A DNA stretch of 64,000 bases from Phoronis australis (Eukaryota > Animalia > Phoronida). Below are positions 37,401 through 49,700 of this stretch, in pieces. Both the position numbers and the translations under genes were made by a program. The stretch covers positions 216,084 through 280,083 of the forward strand of contig NMRA01000511.1 of the NCBI GenBank assembly GCA_002633005.1. Direction: 5' to 3'. Within the stretch, counting starts at the first letter, position 1; every line of letters starts with the position of its first letter. The notes under the pieces are model-generated. The model did not search any database. It was not told where the DNA came from and was given only the letters and a program-made list of their open reading frames with translations.

Positions 37401-40400
37401 GCGGAAGATGAAAAATGTATATGTTATACAACGTACGTGTTTGTACCAGTGTTTATTTTATCGGGATTCGCTTTATACAAACGTATTTGAACGGGGAAGA
37501 AGTCCGAGTTCAAATATTTTTGCGTATCACAAATCGAGATATAAAACACACTTGGTAGAAACGCGTACGTTGTGTAGCATATTTAAACTAGAAAAATTAT
37601 TGTCACGGCGTGACAACAACGGACTATGCGATTGCGTATTACTGGAATTATTATGGGAAGTTACTGACAGCAACCCGTTTACCAATATGAAAAGGAATTC
37701 TTTAAAACTGTAGGAGAAATTACATATTAATTTTTTGATGACCTTTCCACTAATTGACCTCTTCCGGTGCATTATGAGCCCCGATGAGGGAGTACTTGTT
37801 AACTCGATTAAAAGTGTCGTTAATGATAATAATCACAGATGTTTTACTTTAAGCACTTCAGAATACAAGATGAATGAAGTGGTAAAACTTTCGGAAGAAA
37901 AATGCACCAAATGACCCCATGGGTGCACCAAATGACCTGAAAATTTAGAATTCATACTCAATCGCACTTAGTAAACAGATACGTAATTCTGAAGTCTCTA
38001 GCTCAAAATTCTAGTTTGCACTCAATGACCTTTGACCAATTTTTATGATTGGTTAGGCCTATTGCGAAGTAAAGTAGGGTATTCAATTGGCATGTTGACT
38101 TACACCAGTGTGCTGAAATTGAAAAGAATTCCTTGAAAAACGTAAGAGATATAACATGTTGAACGTTACATGACCTTTGCACTAATTGACCTTATACGGT
38201 GCAATTTAAGAATCTTGAGGAGAATTATTGCAAAGCCCATGGAAAATGTGTTTAGCGCTGAGAATCACAGTTGTCTAACGGTTGACTCATTAGAATACTT
38301 GCTGATTGAAAAGGTCAAATTTTCAGAAGAAAAATGCACCTAATGACCCCAAGTTTGCACTAAATGACCTGAAACTTTGGATTCCGATTTGATTTAACTG
38401 TGGCAATCAGACCTGTCAATTTAAAGTGTCTAGCTCAAAATTTTAGTTTGCACTTAATGACCTTTGACCTATTTCACCTGATTGGATGACCCAATTACTT
38501 AGAAAAGTAATTTTTTAAATTGTCATGATGACTTATAGTCGGTGGGCCAGATCTCATAGCGTTCGTCCTTGTGAGTACTTTGGGGGGGCAACCTAGTTTT
38601 TTCTATGTGGCTAGATAATATACATATAAATCAAATTCCAAAAAGTTCCCACGTCTACACTTGCACATTTTTTAAAAAAAGGTGTTTTTGTTGCACAAAA
38701 TGTGATGCACATTCTTGCCACTTGATGGCGCTTTTCTATTGAATTGACCAATCAGAGAGCCAGATTGTATTGTTGTGCTTAGTTACTTCAATATTGCTGC
38801 TCCCATGGAGTGTGATGCCTGTATAATTCAAGGTTTATCAAACAGCACAAAATTGTGATGTCAGAGCCTAAAGAAGCTTAGGAAAGCTTCCTGATGAAAG
38901 CTGATTGACTGTGGAACTCTGTAGATCAGTAGATCAAAAAGAAGAAGAGGTGTCACAAACGTTTGTACAGAAAACAGCTGCACGTCCTGATAGCCTACAC
39001 AGTACATGTATACTGCTGAGTGCTGTAGACTAGAAGACCAAGTGACAGACCAAAAATTAAAAGAACATAGAACGGCATAGCAACGTTTCAAGGCACCAAC
39101 AGTAGTACTAAAGCTGAAGTTGCTGAAAATGATACAGATGTTATCCAAGATTTCCCAAGAAAATCAATCATACTTCCAAAATCTGAAACACCCAATTAAC
39201 CTGAACGAGATAGGAACATTCTGAAACATGAGTGCATCATTTTTTAGCAGGAAAAGTTCATTATGGGCCACATTTCAAGAATGAAAAAGAAGTATAGATT
39301 TCAAAAACATGTACGTGTTTTTTAAAAATACATCTTGGTGTTTTCCATGTGTGTTTCAGTATTATCACCAGTTGTTTTTTAAGTTGTTCAGCCCCTTGGC
39401 TGCCTAGGCCTTAGACAATACTGCTGACCCAGTAGAGACGATGATCATACCATAGGTACTCCATATGCCGGATACTTTTCGGCAAATTATGTTCATTTAA
39501 GTTTAGAAGTACCGCGTAGGGAGATGCCTCTGAGGAGGTCGTTAATGTTTTCATTTGTTCCCAGTTTAAACAAATACTCCTGCAATCCTGTTCTCCGAAC
39601 ACTCCATTCAGTTGCCACATCGACACGACTGCTTGCACTAAGGGATAATCCTATGGCGTTATACTGTCGGTGTGATTTTAAAGCACTTTAAGTCAAAAAT
39701 TTTTGAGAAGGTTAAAATTGGAGTAGATGGTTGCAAACAACATGCCCAAGTGGACGTCATCCCCTGCCGTAGTCTCAATTTTTTGTAAACATTATTTACT
39801 TATGTAGCTGCAATGATAATTAAATTAAAGTGCATAAGTGGCCATCGTCGGATGATAGAAGCCACTGTCCATTTCGTCAAACGTCGATTACCTTAAGTGT
39901 AAATCGATTGACTATGGTTTGAGCATCTGATTTTAAAAAAATAAATTTCAATCACTGCACTGGTATATCAGCTGATTTATTTTCAGTTGCATCAACTGAC
40001 CTATTAGACGATCAACATTATTAGGCTACAGATCAGACAGCATGTAAATTTGTTATGCTGGTGGTGGATCAGTTCCTGTTAAGTCCGTCAGAAAAAGTTG
40101 CGTGCCAACTCACTCATAGTTGAATGTTAAAATAGTGTTAACAGTTTGGGTTTTTTCAGTTGGACTTGTATCGCAAGCAACAGCTCAGTCCAGAGCCCTG
40201 ACTATGCAAATGAAATTCAAAGATAAAGACCTTGTGTCTTAGAAGCCAAGTACCACAGATCATCATGCTATAAAAAATAGAAAGACAACGATTGTGAAGA
40301 GTGACGAATTCACAGTTTTCAGAGATGTTTTTCTACAGTTTTGTTTGGAGTTCATTAAATCGAAGCTTCTAACATAAGGAGATGTCATTTGCCTTTCAAA

Positions 40401-43400
40401 ATTAAAGCAAGACTTTGAAGCTGTTCTTCAGAAAGCTGGTGTGCATGAAGTTATTTGGACAGGCAATCTTAAGAAATATTGTTGAAGCTACTCACTGTTG
40501 TAGTTTGTGCCCGACTAAGAGATACGAAAGTGAATTGAGGCTAGTGTTCAATAATTCACTTGCTGACTCTAATTAACACAGCCCATTATAACATATTTTG
40601 AATCAAACGTTTGCCCAAATAGTGCCCGCCTCCAAACAAGGACTTAGTGTTTGACCCTTCATTGCCTGCGGGCTAATCACCAGTGTGCAGTGCTGTACCC
40701 TCTCTAATCGACCATAGTTGGCTCCTTGGCGGTGGAGCTTTGCAGTTAATATGTATGGCAATGACCGCATCTCCATTGACAGTACTAAACGATGAACGCT
40801 GCAAGTGCAAAAAGAACATGTGTGCTGGGAAACTGAGTTTGTGCTGAAATGCTGGGTCAAACTGTACAGAAATGTGCAGCTGTGACAACTGTAGTAACAT
40901 CAGCAACACTGACTGCATAACATTGGATAGTTCTTTGACAAGTCAACACTAAATAGGCCTCCAACCCCGTTATTTCCTTTTTTGTATTAAAAAGTTAATT
41001 TTATTTGTTGATTAAGTCATAGAAAGTACATACTTTAATCATTGTCATGTATTTGTCTCATACTGCTTGATCAACGCTGTCAGAATAATCTATTATTTTC
41101 ATACAGTCTTTGTGCACATTCACAGAGATCATTCAACTATATTGTTTTTGTACTATAACGTATTTCTGGTGTATTATGCAAACAAACTGTATTTTACACC
41201 ATTAGCCAATGTTTTAGTCATTGAGGCACAAATTTTGCCCAGTCTCAAGTGTTTTGTATTATTTTTGTTGCCTGACTATGCCAGAATAACTTCCTAGTAA
41301 CATTCAGACGTAGTTTGCATTTTTGCCACTAGGTGTCTCTTTACATTTTTTAAATTTCATAGTTTACAATTAATTCACAATAGTAAAACATGTAATGTGG
41401 ATGTAATATTGTTCAATACAATGGCACTGATGGGACCATATTACTTGTTTTACCAAAAGTCACCAAAACTGTTGTTTTTACAAATATAAGTTTACTAAGC
41501 TCTTTGGTGATTATTAGGTAAATTCAAACTCAAATTTCTCAAAAATGTGCAACTTTATATGTGGGAACTTTTTAGAACTTGAAAACACTCTAATAAAGGA
41601 ATTAAAAAACACCAAAATATAATTATGCCCCTAAAGTACTCACAAAAACCATTTTCTAGAGGCCCTACAAAATCTGGCCCACCGACTATTATACCTGTGC
41701 ACCGAATTTGAAAAAGATAGCTTTAAAACTGACGGAGAAGTAGCATTTTGAAAATTATACGACCTTTGCACCAAACGCCCTCCTCCGGTGCGATATGGAA
41801 TATGATTATGTAACCAATCAAAATTTATATACTGTCAAAAGTCATATGCTGAATTTAAAGACCGTACATGCACCCAATTTGGAGTTATTAAGCCTCAAAG
41901 TTGGTCGGAAAAAGAATAAGAATAAGAAGAATAAGAATAAAATTGAAGAAAACCCAGGAACAACAGTACTCTGCGCTTACACGCGCAGAGTAATAAAATT
42001 GAAGAAAACCCAGGAACAACAGTACTCTGCGCTTACACGCGCAGAGTAATAAGAATAAGAATAAGAATAAGAATAAGAATAAAATTGAAGAAAACCCAGC
42101 AACAACAGTACCCTGCGCTTGTACGCGCAGAGTAACTATGCACCCCAATGAGGATTATATAAAGAAGCGGGTTTACACAGATTGCTCCACTTGTTTTTGT
42201 GTGTTCAGAACAGTGCCTGAATTGGCCACTCCCAAATTTGGAGAACAGGATACGTGTGTATAGTCAAAATTTCCCTTTTTTCGAAACATTTCTTCAACCT
42301 TTGTTAATGACTGTGAGGGAAAGCACTTATTTAGAAATACGGCACACTAATTATACAGAATCACAGGTTTTCCGACTGACAATGGATCAGCAAATTAGGC
42401 ATTGTTCAATGTAAGCTATTATGACGCGCGTTCTAGACCTACAAATTCGAATGGAAATGAACAGTCATATGACATTCTTGAAAATTTTGACCGTCTTGTG
42501 TTTTTTTCTAATTCACTGAGACAATTTAGCTTTTGATTTTTTTTCCGATATTACACTGTACATGTACATGTACATGTATGTGTTTGGATTAATTGGTGTT
42601 GTCCGACAACGCACATTGATTTGACGGGAACAGACATAGTTTTATTCGCTCTGTGAAATACAGTGTAGCCTACTTAGGGTTATTGCTGGTTATGGCTAAC
42701 GCTGTGCTAAAAGGTAAAGGCAGGGGGAAGGCAAAGTCTGTGGACGTTGTCGGAAAAATCTTGGAGCAAGCTGAGAAAACGAGTGCATCCTCGGAAATAG
42801 TGGAGTTTGCCACTATGTTGTTGAATGATGTGGCCAGAAATAAATGATAATTGATTTGGAACAATTACTGTTGCTTCTGAATATGAACATCGATAGCTTT
42901 AAAGTCTCATGGAACCCCATTATTCGTATTCCTACGCAGAATTTTGAAATTAAACGAAACTTCACTAAGTTGAAGTTTGATTGTAATTCCGCGTAGAAAT
43001 ATTAGCACAATAGAGGTTACATTTCCGCTTCATAGGTTTCTCTACCATGTTGGTGAGATGTTTGAGTTGGGGTATGTAATTCGGGTGCAGTATAAAGGTG
43101 TTCGCACCGCTCATTTGGTCTGATGATGCATACTCAACTTCGAAGAATGGTTCGGTCATGCGCAGTGCCCTCTCTCGTGTATTAAGCTAATATTCCTACG
43201 CAGAGTTACAATCAAACTTCAACTTAGTGAAGTTTCGTTTAATATCAAAATTATCGGCAATTTGGAGTCCTAAATTTGTGAAATTTTAACTTAGCCTTTT
43301 AAGTTGTAATCATATGCTGTTAAACAACAGGTTTCAAAATTATAGTGTGGTAGAGGAATGGTCTATGTATAAATCATACTTTTATTTGTGATAATAGAAA

Positions 43401-43735
43401 TCTAGTAGAACTGACCTACGGTCTACTATCGATGACTTTGCAAGAGTCATTGAAGGTGTAGTTGAGTCCTTGTGGTTTTGCTCACCTAAATCAGGAATTA
43501 TATTGGTCTTACAAGTACTAACTAAAGCATTATAAACGTGTTTCTGACATAAAAAGTATGTGCCTATAAGCTTTAGTTCCGAGAGACCAACAGAATGCCT
43601 GCTGTTGGCGAACGTACATGTAGGTCACTTGCACTGAATTTGGTCTTTCACATAACAGTTCTTTGGAAGGAACTTAATAAGGCTACAGTTGATTAGTGTA
43701 TGCGTGCGTGCGTGCGTGCGTGCGTGCGTGTGTGC

Positions 43736-43773
<38 letters not shown>

Positions 43774-46700
43774 ACATGTAGGTTTCTGAGGGCCACTGAT
43801 TGAAGACAAAATTTGGAGGTTTGGCCATGGAATTGTTCCCATACCTTGTACTTCTAAGTTGGCACAATTTATATTTTGTTCCATGAGCTAACTATTGTTT
43901 GTTCTATTCCAGATTATGCCTTTGTGTCGGACTCTTTCAAGAGAGCCATCTGGCAGGTGGACCTTTCCAACACGTCGAAGGCCGTGGTTCATCTGGCTTA
44001 TGCCAATAATCAATACGGTCCTTCTTATATGGCTTGTGATACTAAGTCTCAGTATATTTACTGGGTGGATAACCGTAACATGAATATTAAAAAAATGTCA
44101 GTCATAAGGAACAGCTCTTCCGGCTATGGCTATGCCGTGTCGTTGGATTTCAGTAAGTAAATAATCCAGGTCTATGGTTTACATAGAATGTCTATTCAGT
44201 TTGTGTTACGTATCGAATATAATTATTGAATTTGAAATTGTGCAATGCCAGGGGAAATAACGTTGGATGTGCGTTCACTCATTTTGGGTTATGGGGAATT
44301 CCTAATGCGCAAAATTGCTTACAATTTTACGGGCCACAGGTTGTAAGTAATGGGTGTCGTCTACATGCCATAGGCCTTTTGAAATTGATGTGATCGGAGA
44401 AACATGTTTACCTTTAGTGATTAGTTCGAGAAAAGTTTGCATTAAATTCAATAATTTCAAAACTCTATTTCCTCTGGCTTTGCTGTTTGAATACTCAAAA
44501 TCAAACCAGTTTCTGCAACAAAGCTGGTCTAAGAAGTTGCGTTGGATTGACTTTATTACTGTTGGTGTGAAGTATACATACATGCAGTATGAGTGGCTTA
44601 TGCGTAGTCTATTTCTGGATTTCGTAAGTAAAATTATCTTTAAGATCCAAAGTTATTTTTGTTGATAATACTGAATATACAATTTTCAGAGAACAGTATA
44701 GGTGGTCTTGCAGTAGATGAAAATGCACGTCTTGTGTTTTTCACTGATGTGACTGAAAAGAAACTTGGCGTGACCAGTATTCGAGGCGGAGCATCATATT
44801 ACAGTTTTATTGCCCAGAACCTGAGCCAGCCGACAGGAATCGCTGTTGATCCTCAGAACAGGTATGCACTTTACTTTGCGGTTACATAACCATAAATCTC
44901 CACGGGAAACTTATTTGTAGCTTTCCCATTATTGAAGCAGTGGTCTATCGAAATTCCACCGCAACTCTCCTCTCCTTGCAGACTTTCGCTCTTAACTTCG
45001 AAGTTACCTCTAAACAGCAGATGGCGTTGTTTATTTGCACTCTCGATTGAACACGTGGGTTGCATGTTGCGACATTTATCGACTGCTGTTGTGGAGTAGA
45101 TTTTTAATCTTATATCCAGTCACGAGAGAGTTGCGTAACTTTTCATGACTCTATTTACTTTAAGAGGAGATGGTGGCTGCTGATGTCCGAGAGTAAAAAA
45201 TTACCAATCACCGAAACTGTTGGAAACAGGGGAGTGTCGGTGTTGATGAGAAAGCGCCTTCGGTGTTTTGAGGGTTCTTGGATCTCTCACTGCTTGAACA
45301 ACAAGGTTGTTTTGCATACCTGACAGAGAAATACGTAGTCTGTCTGAGTGTGATCAGTCAGCCTTTTAAATTCTGCAAACACAACTGCTAAGTTAAAAAC
45401 TGTCGCACTGATTACGTGCAGGAGTGACCGAAATAGTATATTTATCTTTTTATTTGTACTTCTTTTCTTCCATCTCATTCTATTTGTGTGTGCAAAACAA
45501 AACTGCATGTCCCATAAGAAGTCACAGATTCCATGTGTTGTAAAGTGCAGGAGTATTTTTTTGCTCTAGGATAAACTTCTGTTAAGACCGGGAGTGGCTG
45601 TGTAGCATCCAGGCAGAGGTTATCGATGAAGGCGGTTAAATTTTCAATAAATCAGTCGATTGTGAGATGGCCAGTTATTCACAAAAGAGAGCTGGACGCT
45701 CCTGTGTAGATGCTTGCCACATGGCTGTCGACCTAAGATTTGGGTTTGGTCTTTCGTGGGTGACAGCATTTTTAAAACGTTGTGGTACTGGTAACTCGTA
45801 ACTGTGATTTGTTTTATGACTTTAACTCAAGTATCTGGACATAACCTATGAGCAAAGATTGGAAAGAAAATTTAGCTTGTCCTCAGTTGAAGTGAAATAA
45901 TGCATTTAGTACTGGCTGGCAAAGTATTGCAAATGCCGCACGGGAGATGTTACACCAATTTCATGTTACTTGGCTGTCAAAAAGCTTATAAAGATTGGCC
46001 AGAAGCAGTTCCAAACCAGTAAAATCGGTGGTTCATTAATTGCAATCTATCAGGTTGTTGTACTGGAGTGACCCCCTGAAGCAGACGATCGAGGTGTCAA
46101 ATTATGATGGAACTAACATCAGAGTTGTGCTGCAGGGACAGTTGAATGGAACTAGAGCCATGACATACGATCAGATAGGTAAGTCACCGTGGACAGTAGC
46201 CATGACAACGGTACCTGTAATTTGTCTCCGGAGGGGTTCTGCAGGTGTCTGATCTTTGTGTTGGTCATGTAGTGAATACCTCGTGCTATAAATAATTTAA
46301 ACTTATTCACCACTGGTGCATATCGGCGTTTGCATTCAGTTTTACTCATTCATTATCGTTCATTCTTTTCACCAACAGAAGAACTTCGAAATAATTTGAA
46401 ACGATATAAATATGTCCTCAAGAAGAGCAATATTGTTGTGGTTGACTTAGATTTACAAAGCTTAGAACATAACCGTGCATGCCTGTGCTGTGAACCTACA
46501 TCAATATCCAGAGTCAGGCATTACCAACACTAAAATCTTACGTCATAAACTTCAGTTATTTTTTAGCACATGTCAACCATGGTGTTGATGAGTATACCCC
46601 AGTTTCCTCGTTCTATAATATTTATCCGCTTGTTAGTATATTTCCCCAAATATACAATATGCGACTTTGATGACTGTTTCAGAAACTGTTATAGTACAAT

Positions 46701-49700
46701 GTGAAAATACAAAGCTGTCATTACAAAAATGATCAATATATACATTTACATGTAAATGAATTTTTTGTTAGATAACTTTTGAACTCACCCATTTGACTAA
46801 CCCGTAGGCTTTTAAATTTGCACAGCAATAGATCAAAGCTTGTTCATACGGATCAGGTCGCAAACTTTTGTCCGACAGGTCAGAGACGAGTGGGCACACG
46901 ACCAGTCAGAAAAAATGGCTGTCAGACTCTAATTTCTAGCAGGTGGACTGTTAACTGCACAACCATCTGCAGCTGAGACCTTGTGTTCAGCTCAGGCTCT
47001 TGAATATTACCTTTAGAAACATTCTTGTCATGTTAAGTCTGTCTTTGTGATGACCTTTAATTTGACTGAAATATTAAAATTTGCTGTTCAAAAAGTGGTT
47101 TTTAAATAGGTATCTCTGTGGCGATGTTTTCTCATTCGGCTGTCCAACCCAAGTTGACAAGTGAACGATCGATTGTTGACTTGTTGCCGCCTGGCCACAG
47201 GAAATTACCCGACCAGTGCTGTAGGAGGTCAATTTGCTATTCTGGGTGGCCTCGGGGAAACACCAAAGTATTGGACCTTACTCAACTTACCACTGTTCAT
47301 AGATGTCTGTTGAAAATATTCTACAACTTAGGTAATAATGTTGTGTAGCGCTGTGTTCCGATCAATATCAAAAGTGATACACTGTCGCACTTTTCAGGAC
47401 ACACTCTGTACTGGTGTGATTCTGTAACGCACCGCATCGAGTCGTACAATGTGGCACTTTCCAAAAGAAGCGTTGTTGCAGACTTCAAGTCACTGAACAA
47501 GACAATTAATATGTGTCAACAGATTGCTGTTGATAATGAGTCGATATATTACATCAGCAAGGAGAACAAGTAAGTCTATCTTTTCAAGGCCCGGGAGTAC
47601 AGTACCTTTCACGGATATTCAATTGAGCGGACAGCTGTTTGACATCTGGATGGCAGCGAGGGGGTGGGGGGCGATGGTCCTTGCTGACCGGCAATTGACC
47701 ACATGACATTTGATAAACATAAAATTTGATTGTTCATGCCGAGGAAATGGCCAGTTTTCATGTTGAGTCATGCGCAAAATGTGTGTGTGTGTGTGCGTGT
47801 GCGTGTTTACATGCGCTTGTGTCTGGTTGTTTAAGTGGAGGAGTAAATGCAAGCAGGTTAGCATGCAACAATAACAATTCAACTGTGAAACTTCTGCATT
47901 TCGTTCGATTGCATTGGGGTGGTCACGAAATGTGTCTCATTTTTATGATATAATAAGTAAAACACTGTTTTTTCTTCTAACTTTGCCATTCTAATGAAGG
48001 CAAAATGTGCTCCAGCTGCAAGCCCTTGGTCCTCCCTCACTTCCTCCCTTCGCGTTAACGTCCCTCCCTCCCTCATTCCATAGAGCCATGTTTTGTACTC
48101 ACATGAATTTTGCGATCATTGTAAATGGTCTTTCTTTTGTTTACGATGATTAGAAGGGAAAGACCCTTTAAAAGTTGTCCATGGACACCATTTGTCCATG
48201 CTTTCATATTTTGAGTAAAAGGCTTTCCACTTTGTAACTGGTCCTCACCGATGTGTGTGACTCTTTTCAGCCACATAATGTACGTGAACAAAATGAATGC
48301 GTCTGTCATGGGTCAGCTTGATGATGTGACAACCTTCGGCAAACTTGAAGGCCTGACATTGTGCAAGGATGACATGTTATATAAAGGTAATTTATCTCAT
48401 GTATAGCTGAACTGTTCTGGTTCGTGAGGTATCCACTTAACCTTCGCTAGATGGTGAACCAAAGACTCTGAATCATTAAGACGTGTGTAACGAGTGAATA
48501 ATCCCAAGGATTAATGTTGAGGTGCTATTCGGGATGTTAATTTGTATTCAATGTGAAATGAAGGCTTTCGATATTAATTAATAGACAAATGCATCAAAGG
48601 ACTGTGTTTACCTGGTTTCCTGTACCTTGAAAATAAAGTAGGGATTAACCAAAATGAAATTAGGAAGTCTATCGAGTTATACGCAATTTTCATCTTTTAA
48701 GGGTGTGACGTAGTTCAAACACTTTGGTGACACGCCAGTCTATCTCTGTAAAACATGCTTTACACCTGGCAACACTGATGCCAGACTGCTAGATGTTCCC
48801 TTGGCTTTGCATTACCTATATCACGATTTTTTCTTGAAAATTTCTGACAAACTCATTTTGATGTAGAATAGTACAAATGCCTGGTTACCTCTCGATGACA
48901 TCACGAGATTGGATCAGCATAAAATAACACAACTATCTGAACAGCTAAAATAAATTTTGATAACGTTGCTATAGTGACAACATCTTTCCTCGTTCTATTA
49001 GGTGCGTCTTCCAAGTAAGACGATTTACGTGCTGTTGTCAGGTTTACCATGAAAATGGAACGGATCCTATTTGAAAAGTGAACCCAGTCAGCAGTTAGTA
49101 GTTATTAGGTCGACCAATTTAATGCAACTTTATTTGTTAGCCTATTTTTCTTCTATAATTTATCCTGGTTTTATATTTGTTAATAATATGGATAACAGCA
49201 GTGAGTGAAGATATCGCGTGCTCACTGTGACTCTTCGTCTGCAGGTCCCACGCAGTGTGACAAGAACAATGGGGATTGTCAGTTTATTTGTTTGCCAGTT
49301 GGACAGAAGGACGTGAAATGTCAGTGCTTAGAGGGACACAGACTATTGCAGGATGCTAAGAACTGTACAAAAGGTAAGGGGTATGTTTGTCAATGACTAA
49401 CAAGGGTACAATATGATGGAGGACACGATAGCTAGTGAGTAACAAGGATGCAATATGTAGGGAGGTATGTATAGCATTGCCTAACAAGTTTGCATTTGGC
49501 GTGAGTGTATGTACGGTAGTAAATAACAAGGGATAATAGATTGGGATATGTGTGTTAATGATTGATTGTGCTAATGATTAACAGGGGGTTGATTGTTTAA
49601 TGGCTAACAAATTGCAAAATGTAGGGGGTGTTTTTCGTACCGACTAACACACCATCAGTAGGTAGGGTTATGTGTGGTAATAAGCAATTAGGGTAAAATA

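Noticed and set aside
42653-42847. Protein-like short ORF (MANAVLKGKGRG...)
   Set aside because: No recognisable domain or phase-compatible splice sites, and LRP-like exons 1 and 2 join without it.
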